DNA of 63,537 bases, counting the filler. It is 11 parts of 11 records of this genome, joined end to end, with 100 filler letters (N's around TTAATTAATTAA, not from the genome) between each part and the next. Parts side by side here need not be neighbours in the genome. Positions count along the whole stretch, not along the records: positions 10,727 to 16,202 come from SRR15195285_3598; positions 16,303 to 25,030 come from SRR15195285_3599; 9 more parts are not named here. One strand, 5' to 3'. The notes under the pieces are model-generated. The model did not search any database and was not told the origin of the DNA. It was given only the letters and a program-made list of their open reading frames with translations. Position numbers and translations under genes: made by a program. Of this stretch, positions 12,108 to 22,769 are shown piece by piece (positions within the stretch are counted from its first letter, which is position 1; every line of letters begins with the position of its first letter).

Positions 12108-15100
12108 TCAGGAAACCTTTGCCCGCTTGCGGGAGCACTGAGAAACGTCCTTCTTCTGTCGTTTGATGCGCTGGTAACGCCTGCGACAGTGGCGTATAAT
12201 TTCAGTATGCTTGTGATGGGCTCTCTACAGATTTAATCGTTTCAGCTGGTAGCCAACATTCCCTTCGACAGCTGCTGATCATAAATATGGGTAAGAGCAA
12301 GGTCTGCAAGTACGCACGCGTAGCAGGCGTCTGGAGTGCGTCCGACGGCTGCACTGACACTCTTCCAGTCTGATTGCATACACAAGCAAATTCTTTCAGC
12401 ATAACAGGCTGAAGCTGCAGATTCAAGCGGGTGGGTGCAAACTGACCAACTTCAACGTTCTGTACCCTCTGGGCAGCGATAGCATCGTTTAGCACTCCCA
12501 GTTCAGACTTGGTCCAAGCAACAATTGCACCTGCACACACATTGCATTTAGGTCGTAAAGGTCGACTGATGAAAGTTGGGCGGTTGTGATTTAGCGCACC
12601 ACCGGACGGAAACAGTTTGATAGCTTTTTCACGACTGTGCGGCTCGTTCTTCTGATCAACACTGTTGCGATGCTGTGAGTCAATTTTTGACTGGCCGTTT
12701 TGAAGAATTTTTGCCACACTAGACCGTGTCATGCGAGTGGTCGAAACGGGAGACGACATCGTAGACTCGGTAGACTTCAAATGGCGATTGCGCTTAGTGA
12801 TGACAGGTTTTGCAAGAGCTTCCGCCGGCAGCTCTTGGGTCAACGCAGGTTCTGATTCCTCATCTGCTGTTTCGATCTTGTTCTGGTCCAAATGCTGCGC
12901 TCGTTCGTCCACCTTGGCCTGAGAACTCTGTTTTTCGGGAACACTCTCTTGTCCTATACTCGGGTCAACGAGATGACCAGGTTTGTTCCGATAACGACAC
13001 CGCCCACGTCCTAGTTTGCACTTCGGGCAGTGCGTCATCTTTACAGCAGTCACGTTATCCTCGACAGAATCCGGCTTTGGATGTACACAATCTGAACGGG
13101 TTGGTACATTACACCGTGTGCCGCTCACTACAGCAGGTGTACGCGGCGAAGAGCCATCTGCCTTTCGCAATGATGAAGCAACGCATTTTGCCGTCTCTAC
13201 AGACAAGTATACGTCAGTGTTGTGTGTAGTACAGCTCTTTTCCTGAGTATCAAGACTTTCTAAAGTTGGCGAACCGTCTGAACTGGTTGAAAATGACGCT
13301 CGAGGAACGCTCAATTGGTTGGCCGGTTGACACGGATCGAGCCGCTGAGGAGTCGCGCGTAGGCGACCGGAGTACACGGAAACTGTTTGGGCAACCTCTG
13401 ACTTGGACGGTGCAGTGCCGTGATTTTGAGGTTCCAAGCTTTCATGTGAGACACAGCATTTTCCTTGGTCTGAGAAATCTTCCTTCAGATGTGTTGGTAG
13501 AGCGTGCTTCAACGGTGCCTGCAAATGCTGTGCACCACAACTCAACATCAATCAACGACGTCCAAACAAAGGGTGCAGCGCGACGCAGACAGATTCACAC
13601 CGCGGATCCGATGATGTTGCGTTGATTCTTCTTATCCCAATTGACTGCTCCGATTGGCTCCTGTTTCGTGTCAGGGCTTTCTAGTGTTGTAGGGGCTTGC
13701 GACTGGTCGGCCTTTGTGTCTAGACGCTTGACCATTGGAGGGGCATCCGAGAAGGTTACCACCGGTGCTCGAGGAACGCTTAGTTGGTTGGCCGGTTGAC
13801 ACGGGTCAAGCCGCTGAGGAGCCGCACGCAGGCGACGAGAGTACACGGAAACGGTCTGGGTCACCTCGGTCGACTTGGATGCTGCGGTGACGCCGTCTGC
13901 GTGTGTCGATTTGTCACGAAGAGTGCGCGAGCTTTGCCCCAGATGCCGGACGCTGGTTGGATCGTTGGTGACCGTCATAGCTGATCGTTGACAGTTGCGA
14001 TCAGATAAGAGAAAATTGTAGTGGCTCGAACAAGCAAATAGGTGACACCGCACCTTTGATTAATTCTGTGTCGATCTGAGACAGCCTCAGCCGGTCAAAG
14101 TTAATTCCCCGATGCTGTAGGATCTTCTTCACACCAGCAAGGCTGACAACAGTAGCGCCTGTCTCGTCGCCGATGGTCATACCGCATGAGAATTCCGATG
14201 GGTGCAGCGTTGAAATCAGATCTAAGGCCATCTTTTCGCTAGCCATTGCTGGGGCTAGCTGCTGGAGAGTCCGGCTCTCTTGCCGTCCACGTAGTAGTAG
14301 AACAAGATCCCGCAGCGAGCAATACGTTGTTGTGTTGCCCTCGATAGCAATGAGTTTGACGTCAACAGCAGTTCGCACAGCGTCTGGAATGAACCGGACG
14401 CGATCCAGGATGGATGACGGAGGCAACAGCAACGAAAGTCGAAGCCGATGGTCGGGGACAGAAATACTGACGGTCTCGCCGCTGTCCAGCAGGATGGTGC
14501 TGCGTCCAACCGCCGCGTTCCCTGCGCCTGTCACACTGACGCCGGAGCACCAGCACTCGCCGTCGTAAAGATCGACGCGGCGTCCAGGCTGGGACCAAAA
14601 GCGCTTCTCGAGCTCTTCAGCAGGTAGCGAGCCAGCCGGCTTTCGTTCCATTAACTCCAGCCAGGACATTTCGCAGCCAGCTTCGTCAGCAGCGTGCCCG
14701 TCGTCAATCATGCTCTGGGCGATCGCCTGCCAGTTGGGACCATCTGTCCGTAGCGTCATCAATCGGCGCAGCGAAGCCTCTGCTGCAAGTTTCTTGGGCG
14801 CTCCTTGCAGAGTGCTGACATGCTCGCGAAGCTGCGGCGGCTTCTCCGATGCCATCCAAGACAGCTGGTCCCATCCGAGCTGCGGCAGCAGAGAGTCAGC
14901 TTGCGGAGTTGAGAGCAAAGTCGGTAGATGTAGGTGCGGACCTGCATCTCAGCACCAGTCTCTGCAATGATGAGCCGGCATCGGTGGTCGTGCGTTTCGC
15001 CAATCAGGGTCGCACCTACCCAGCTGCGTAGAGTGAGGCACGAGAGGTTAGATTTGCGGCAGATACAGGAACTTCTCGTTCATCACTGAGAGCGTACGTT

Positions 15101-15624
15101 GCGTTCGGCGGGTTGACGCAGACTTCAAAAGAGCGCCAGTTGGACTTGTCGTATAGCGGCGGATTGTTAGAGCTCTCGTCGACGCGCACCGGGGAGGCCG
15201 CCCCGTAGGTGTAGGTGTCGGAAAGTTCGTAGGCGGGAGATAGGTGTGCGTCGCTTGCTGGCCAACCGTTTGCGTCGTAGCAGACAGCGTTGTCGGCCGG
15301 CGGAGACGGAGACAGCATGCCTCCTGGAGATTGGATCAACCATGGGGTGTCGTAGCTCAGAGAAAAAAGCGGCGAGGCGACAGTCGCACTCGAGCTGTCG
15401 TCTGGGGCGTCGACCTGCACCTTCGGCGGTGTGAGCTCGCTGGCGTGGACCAGGAGGCGCATGGACTTCTGCCCAGTCGCCGGAGCTTGTCCCAGCGATG
15501 TGTCGAGTATGTTCAGCAAGGCGGACGGCGAAGCGTCTGTGCAGGGCATGTGAGCAGCTGAGGCCGCACCGGCTGAGGACGCGGCGGGCCGACGCCGTTC
15601 CGGCGAGAACGGGCCAAGCACCAT
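12108..15624 (-). CDS. Putative nuclear protein with Myb/SANT-like, Tudor-like and Bro-N-like segments; exons 15624-15098, 15023-15016, 14941-14054, 13980-13601, ~13527-~12315, probable last exon to 12108
   Basis: GT-AG introns of 74, 74, 73 and ~73 nt chain ORFs 15016..15624, 14001..14918, 13595..14053 and 12202..13551. GPNWQAIAQSM...CEMSW is Myb-like. The last exon (KRQKK..RKRAK, NLS-like) is uncertain. A probable 5'UTR intron lies at ~15641-15772. Confidence 0.65.
13298..13867. repeat. Intragenic direct duplication, 101 bp x2 (13298-13398 and 13767-13867)
   Basis: Ungapped alignment with 13 mismatches by manual count. Both copies encode EV.QTVSVYS.RLRA.PQRLDPCQPANQLSVPRA. Confidence 0.95.
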
Positions 15625-16302
15625 ACGTGTGAGCGAGAGCCTGCAAGGACGACACGATCTCAGCTTCAGACAAAGACACCGAGGCGGACGCAGCAGCTGA
15701 ACTCACGAAAGGTCGAACCTCCCCTTGCCGCAGCAGCTCTCGTCTGTTGCTGCCTCCCGAACACAGGCTTACGGCACGAGCGTGCAGCAGCCTCTGCCAG
15801 ACCCTTCCCAGGTGCACTCCCTCCTCGTGTTCGTTGCCCTCGAATATCGAACCCCCCCGCGCCTGCGCCTGGTGCAGCCCCCTGGCCTTCGTTGCGGCGA
15901 GGGCAGGGATCGATGCCGCGCGCGGCGGCTTTCCCGAGACGATGTTGTTGTTCGTTTCGCGCTTTCCGTCAATTTTTCTCACTTCTCATCACACATCAGT
16001 TCCGCTGTGTGTGTATAGTACAGAAGTACACACCGGACGGATTACGGTAACCGATTATACACACATATCAACATTTGTGTGTCACTTTTACTTCCGGGCT
16101 GGTACGTTTTCAAGTGTCACATTTCTCATGTGCCTACCGTAATGCAGAATTGCACATGAATTTTCTGCTGGTAGAGGGCCGATTTCCCATGTTTGCTTCT
16201 GANNNNNNNNNNNNNNNNNNNNNNNNNNNNNNNNNNNNNNNNNNNNTTAATTAATTAANNNNNNNNNNNNNNNNNNNNNNNNNNNNNNNNNNNNNNNNNN
16301 NN

Positions 16303-17346
16303 CATGGCACTGTTGCCTGAATCAGCAGACTCGTAGTTGGTGCCGCTCTTCAAAGTGCCTGTCTTCAAAGCTGTGCTGTCGCGGGCCGAGCAACCCATCA
16401 CGAGCCGCACGAACTTGTTGAAATCGATCTCGCCAGCGCCATCATCGTCGAATCTGTCCATCACTCCCCGAAGCACCTCCTCGTCAAACACCAGGGCAGT
16501 CTTGAACTCAACGGCGGCAATAAACTCCTCAGGCGAAATAGACCCAGACGCATCCGTGTCGAAGTCTACGAACGCCCGGCGTAGCCAACCCGCACGGCCG
16601 TCCATACGCTCCGTGATCTTGGACCGAATCATTTCGATCGCCTGATCAACAGTGCAGCTGATGCGACGGTGGTGCTTGCGGGAATTCTCGTCGCTCCAAA
16701 ACTCTGCGCCTGTGTCATTCAGCCCGGCGCCCCCACTACCACGCGATGGCGACTGTCTCCGCGAGCCACGCGACAAGATGGACTGCCGGCTCACAACTGG
16801 CCTGTCGTCCGAGGATGACGCGGACGGCACTAGTCTACCGGCACTGAAATCAGCAGCTGCGCTCATCCGGCCGGTGCGAACGTTGTCAGGCTCCTCGACG
16901 TACACTCCGCTGCCACGTGCCGGAGAGGTAATCGCTGGAAGCGAGAGAGGCCTGGAGGGAAGCTCCCCCTGAGCGCTTGGCTGCCTCGGTGCAGGTGACA
17001 GGGGCTGGTCGTCAGCTCCACGACGAGATTGCTGGCGAGACGGCTGGCGCAACGTGGGCTCCGGCTCTGGAAAGGGTGCCGGTGAGTAGTGTGCCGGTTG
17101 TTCGCGCTGCGCTGCGGGTTGTCTGCGCTGCGGCGCGCTGCCGGCGGGTGAGCTCAGGCTGGCCATCCAGTTCGCGGTGTTGGAGTTCTGCAACTGGCTG
17201 AGCGCGCCCAACTGGGCGCCTTTGGGGAGCTGTCCCATCCCCATGTAGTTGAAAAACGCGCCATACTGGGGCGCGCCTCCCATGCCCAACGGCGACGGCC
17301 CGGCCATGCCTGGCGGGGGCACCGCGGGCACTGGTGGGCGATACAT
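16303..17346 (-). CDS. EF-hand calcium-binding protein, 3'-truncated
   Basis: Loops DTDASGSISPEE and DDDGAGEIDFNK after a Pro/Ser-rich N-terminus. ATG at 17346; the frame runs into the contig end. Confidence 0.85.
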
Positions 17347-18435
17347 GCTCCCCACCGGCTCCCCACCGGCTCCGACTGCAGAAGCGCCAGCGGTGCCGTA
17401 AATAAAACCCTACTACCCACCGGCAAATCCGCGGCACGCTCGTGGCAGATCCCTCGTGCAGCGGGTGTGTGTGTGTGCGTGTGTCACGTGTAGGTATAGT
17501 AACGGCAGCCTAGGCCGTAGCCTAGGCCGTAGGTATACGTGGCTCACCGCGGATTTGCTCTGCTACCGCCTACCAGTCCTAGGCTGCCGCACAGTAACGG
17601 CAGCCTAAGTCAAGCTATCTAGAGCTACGGTACCACAAGCAGCAGCACCACGCCTGTCTGTTGCGCGGCACCTGCACCGGCGCTGCAGCATGGGTGCTCC
17701 CGACCGGGAGTCGGAGTGTATAGGAAGTTCCTACCGGTACAGTAAAGTGTGGCGGCACGGTACCAGTAGGAATTCCTATACAGAATACACAGGATCGCTG
17801 TCGGGAATTCTTCCTGATCAAGAGGAACTTTTGTGATCAAGAGCACCGGTCTGGCTACTATTGATAGTACTACGCGGTGATACGGTGCAGTAGAGAGTAT
17901 ACTAGTAGTATTCGAATAGTAGAACTCGGTCGACACTCCCGCACAGTCCTCAGTCGACAGTGCTCAGTGGTGGTCGGGAGCTCGGGAGCCGGGTGCATCG
18001 GGGATCGCAGCCCCGGCCGCCACTACTGTAGCTAGAGCGAGCAGCGGCACCACGCGAGCACCCAGCACGCCAGCTGTCGACAGGCGACGACAGCCTCGAG
18101 CCTGTCGTCTTCGAACCCGAGCTCCCGAGAGCCGAGAGCGAGGGAGCGCGGGGAGCCACAGCGACCCGCTGGCTCGCGCCGTCGGGTCGCTTACCTGTTC
18201 ACGTCGGCAGGCTCGGCTCGACGACGGGAGCAGAGCGACCGGTCACTGGTCGTGGTCACGTCGCTGGGCGTGTCACTCTGACGCCTGGATTGCTGGGTTC
18301 TGGTGGGCCAAACGTATATCTCCTGGTCCTGCTCCTGATGAAAGCACGAGGTCCAGCTGGGGAAAGCCGGAGGCGTGTGTGACATCTCGGGAGTGCGGGC
18401 TGACGCCTGCGGGCTGACTGGCAGTAGCACAGCCG

Positions 18436-20655
18436 ATGTCGGTCGTTGCCACTCGAGTAGCGGTGGCATCAGTTGCCGCGCTAGTTGTGGCTGCGGCTGT
18501 GATGTTCCGGCACATGGTCACCTGGAAATTGGCCGTCACTGTAGCTGCAGTGCGTACAGCCCCTTGCCATCTCCAGCTGCCGCTGCTCTGCTGCACTGCG
18601 GCTCTGCTGCCAGTGCGTCGCCATGGCCGTCCATTCACCTTTCGCTTGGAGCTCACCCCACTGCGCCCGGTCCATGGTGCATCAGCTGCTGTTCGGATTT
18701 GGAGAAGCTATACTCGATCTGGTGCGCGACGGGCCCAGTGACTCCGACACTGATCTGGATCCAGCGAGGCGCTCTCCCAGCGCCGCAGCTGGGAGGAAGG
18801 AACAGAGCGTCAGCATCGATGACGACACGACGCGATCGATGATCGCGCAACTGGACAGGTTCAAATGGAAGGTAGACCTGAAGGTGGAGAGAGCGCGGCA
18901 GCTGCGAGCCGCTGACAGATCATGGATGGGCGTGCCCACCTCATCCGACCCGTACGTTAAGATTCAGCTGGGAAGTCAGACGCACAAGACGAAGCCAGTG
19001 AACAAGACTCTCGACCCACTTTGGAACCAGTGTTACGAGCTCGAGCTAGGGGCAGGCTACGGAGCTGGATTGACTGACAATGTCAGGCTAACTGTGTAGT
19101 AAGTTGCTTTCTTGCACAATCTCGTTCGAGCTTAGCGTCCTTTGCCGCGCATTGCTCACGCAACCCTGCATCCGTGTGAGTATACTGATCAGTGAGTGTG
19201 CCATGGACGTTTGCCTGCAGTGACGCTGATGCGAATGCAGCGGACGATGAGCTCGGTTTCGTGGAGCTTCCACTGTGGAGGATGGTGCAACCACACCACT
19301 TTGAGTACGCTGAGAGCTACAAGGACTCAGCTGTGTCACACGATGCAACAATGCTCCAAAATGTTCCTACGGAGAGTTTGGAGGCACAGTGGTACACCTT
19401 GACTACGGTGTGTAACGGAACTGCGCAGCAAACCGACCAACAGATACGGGCGGCTCTGCAACTGAGAATTGTGCCATCGGATACTGGATCGGATGATGGC
19501 TTCACTTCTGCGCAGCCTTCCGATGTTGTGGGCAGCGGCGGAGGGCGGGGAGTCTTGAACAGCAGCCTAGGGTCGCCAGCGACGCCAGGGCAAGCAGCAA
19601 CGCTAGCTGGATTGAACTCGGCCGCAAGTCAGCGGCCTGGCTCCTCTGCTCTTGCTGCTACTACCGGTAGTCTGGACACATTGACCGGGAGCTCTACGGA
19701 ACGCGCAGAAGGTACCGTGGCGCCACAATTGCAGCATAGAGGTAGAGCTTCAGCCCGTGGACTCTCGCCACCACTGTCGATCAGACCAGCCGGTAGCTCG
19801 TTGCCAGTCGTCGAAGAGAACGCAGAATCGGTCTCGTATAACGATGACGAGAGCAGGAGCAGCCTGTATGACCGTGGCTACCTTGATGGCGGCGCCGACT
19901 CTAGTGAAATGTGGGAAGATGTCTCCGACACAAGCTCGGTATCTTCAACTGGCTCAGATTACAGCAGCGGCCATGTTGGCGAGATGCATCTATCGCCAGG
20001 TCGTTGGACCGCTGGTGCTGGTTCTAAAACGCAACAGCGCCCGAGCGCATTACTGGCTGGTAGGGACGTGCTTCATCATACTGAAATGGGAGCCGTGGGA
20101 ATTCCTCGCACTCTGACTCGCGATTCATTGCGCGATAGTAACGTGGTACTGACTGTCACAGTTGTTGAGCTGTGTGGTTATGGCGGCAGTGGAGAGAGCG
20201 GCAGAAATGGAGCACTGCTACGAAAAAAGCTGGAGGCCGAGTGGTATGTGAAGCTTCGTTTGATGAAGCCTCAAGGACGTGGTTTTGTGCAGGTTGACAA
20301 GCCTTACCGAACTGAGTTCCAGAGGGCGCTGCCAAAATCTCAGAAAGGCCAGAGGATCAGCGACGATGCATTGCCAATCCACATGCAATTCAAGTTCGGG
20401 CGCACACCTGAACAATACCAGATAGATGAACAGATGCTGCGAGAAGGTGTGCTACGGTTCAAGCTGAAAGTGAAGAAGTTTTTCAAGTTCAGAACGCTGG
20501 TCAAGTCAAGCAATGTGCCGCTGACAGTCATTTTGGACCAGTCTGAGATAGGTGGTGCTGCAATCGATCCTCTGAGCCAGGATGTCAAGCTTTTCGACGG
20601 TACCAATGCCAAGGCACAGCTGCGGATTTGTTTGAACCTTAGTTCGCGCACGTGA
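18436..20655 (+). CDS. N-terminally membrane-anchored C2-domain protein; exons 18436-18549, 18686-19098, 19221-20655
   Basis: Hydrophobic N-terminus. C2 motif ARQLRAAD..SSDPYVKI..KTK.V.KTLDP.WN completed by splicing (LTV-Y-DAD..DDELG). A second, divergent C2-like region lies at the C-terminus. Confidence 0.85.
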
Positions 20656-20872
20656 TAGTTGTTCAGCGCAGGTGTAGACGCAGTCTCGTATCATAGTGCA
20701 ATAAACAATTACGGCCTGGCCATTGAACACAAAACTCCCAGATCACCGGACCGGCACTGCATCATCCAGGCGCGCTCGCTCTTCGCAGTGCACCCTTACA
20801 CATATACATCCCCCGCACCCACAACTGCCCTGGATTCCACACCCAGACCAAGGCGCTAGGTGCGATGCTCGT

Positions 20873-22273
20873 CTACCCTACCATCATCGTCTGCATTGAG
20901 CGGCAGGCTTCCTGTTGCCTGTACTCAATTTCCTGCTCCTGTCGCAACATAGCCTCCCGCCGCTGCTCTTCTTTCTCTTTCATCTTCTGTTGCTGCTTCA
21001 TTTGACGCTCTTCCATAGCCAGTTGTTGGCGCTCCTGCAGCACGCGTCGTTTCTCCGCCGCTTTCTGCCTCTCTTCTTGTTGTCTGCGAGCGAGGGTTTC
21101 TTGATACTGCAGCTTCAGCTGCGCGCGCTCTTCCGCAGCAGCGTGTTTTTTCATCTCTTTCTGCTCGCGCAGCTCCTGGCGCCGCTGCGCGGCTTCCTGG
21201 CGAGCACGCTCCTTCTCTATCTCCTCCGAGCGCACACTGTGCTCGCGCCAGGTTCGATCGGTCACACGCTTTTCGTGAAGCTCTCGCTGATGAGTGAGCT
21301 CCGCTTCCTCCTTGACGAGATCCCGCGCCTCCTTTGTCGCACGGAACATCGACTCCTTTTCCATGCGCTTCTTTTCCTGCAGTAGCTTTTTGGTACGATC
21401 GAGCTCTGCGTTCCACCGCGCGCGCACGAGCAGCTCGTCCTCCACGTCTGGTCTGCTGCGGCGGGTGGACGCGGCCCGTCCACTTGGCGTTGCGCACCTC
21501 GGCACCTGAGATGGACGCGTTGGACCGCGTGAACCGGCGCGAGACTTGGAACGCGGAGTACCACCACGAGTTGCCGACGAGGCGCGGCCAGAGCGCGCCT
21601 TCGACTGCGGTCTGGAAACGGCCACGGCGTGCTGCTTCGGGACGGCCAGCTGTGACACGCGCGCCGATACGGGAGTAAACGAACGTGTGCCACCGCGAGA
21701 CTGCGACCGCGGCGTTGGCGATGCGGCGCGAGCCGAGGAGCTTCCGAAACCCTTAGGCGCGCTACCGATGCGCGTGCTGCGTCGCGGCTGCGCTGGCTGC
21801 CCCGGCTCCTGCTGACGCTGGGCCGCCGGCGCCGCTGTCGGGGGGCTACCCGCGCGCTTTCGCGATGCCGCCGCGGGTGACGACGCGCGTTTGCTCTTCT
21901 GCTTGCCAGCTGATGACCGGCGTGCCGATGATTGCTGGTGGTGCGCGGGGCCCGGGCTGCGGCCTCGGCTGCTCCGCCGTGTGGCGCGCGGGCTGCCGGA
22001 CCCGGCCTGCTTCTGCGGCGGAGACGAGGTGTCCAGCTTGCCCTTCAGCGTTGCCATCTGCGCGTCCTTGGCAGCGAGCTGCTGGCGCAGCGACTCCAGC
22101 TGCGAGAGCAGCGACGACGCTGAGGCACCGCTCGGCTGCGAGGGGGCCGGCGCACTGCCGCTCGGCTCCTCGCGAGCTGCCTTCTCGGTGGAGTACATGC
22201 CGTTGAAGCGCTCGAGCAGCGAGTCGGCCTGCGCCTGCGCCTCGGCGGCAGCCTGTGCCGTGCGCGACGCCAT
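20873..22273 (-). CDS. Ser/Arg-rich low-complexity protein with C-terminal coiled coil
   Basis: ORF 20873..22369, first ATG at 22273. The C-terminal third is E/R/Q/K-rich. Confidence 0.75.
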   Translation of the reverse strand: MASRTAQAAAEAQAQADSLLERFNGMYSTEKAAREEPSGSAPAPSQPSGASASSLLSQLESLRQQLAAKDAQMATLKGKLDTSSPPQKQAGSGSPRATRRSSRGRSPGPAHHQQSSARRSSAGKQKSKRASSPAAASRKRAGSPPTAAPAAQRQQEPGQPAQPRRSTRIGSAPKGFGSSSARAASPTPRSQSRGGTRSFTPVSARVSQLAVPKQHAVAVSRPQSKARSGRASSATRGGTPRSKSRAGSRGPTRPSQVPRCATPSGRAASTRRSRPDVEDELLVRARWNAELDRTKKLLQEKKRMEKESMFRATKEARDLVKEEAELTHQRELHEKRVTDRTWREHSVRSEEIEKERARQEAAQRRQELREQKEMKKHAAAEERAQLKLQYQETLARRQQEERQKAAEKRRVLQERQQLAMEERQMKQQQKMKEKEEQRREAMLRQEQEIEYRQQEACRSMQTMMVG

Positions 22274-22769
22274 CCAGCTACCACACTGGGAGGCAGCCAA
22301 CGGCCGTCTACTCTGCAGTAGTGTGGCCGTGTGCACCACGTGTGCTCCACGGAGCGGTCGAGAAAGCAACGAAGCACCTTGCGGCCCACTCCGGGACTCA
22401 CACGTGTGACGCGGGAATCACCGTCGGGAGCTGCTGAGTCGAGAGTGGCACGCTGCACCTCGACCTCCTGACTATAATAGATCCCGCACTGTGCGGCCCA
22501 GGTATAGTACTCTAATAGAGTATACTGTACTATTATACCCGCTATACGCGGTCTAGTTAGCTCTACAATTGTAGAGAGATCTTGTATCGAAATGATACGA
22601 GTTTGCATGTCCCTCGAACACATCGACTCGTAAATCGTATTCGGGGGGGGTCCTGAGCTCCTGACCCAACGGTGCGCGCGGGACCGCGCGGTAAGATGGT
22701 GCCAGCCTGACTCCCGGCTGGATCTCTCCGCCGTGGTGGCGTCAGATTGCCCAAGCGACCGCACTCCGG

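Noticed and set aside
14940..15030. Stop-codon recoding or alternative genetic code to explain broken ORFs
   Set aside because: Canonical introns resolve nearly all interruptions, and TAA, TAG and TGA all end genes normally.
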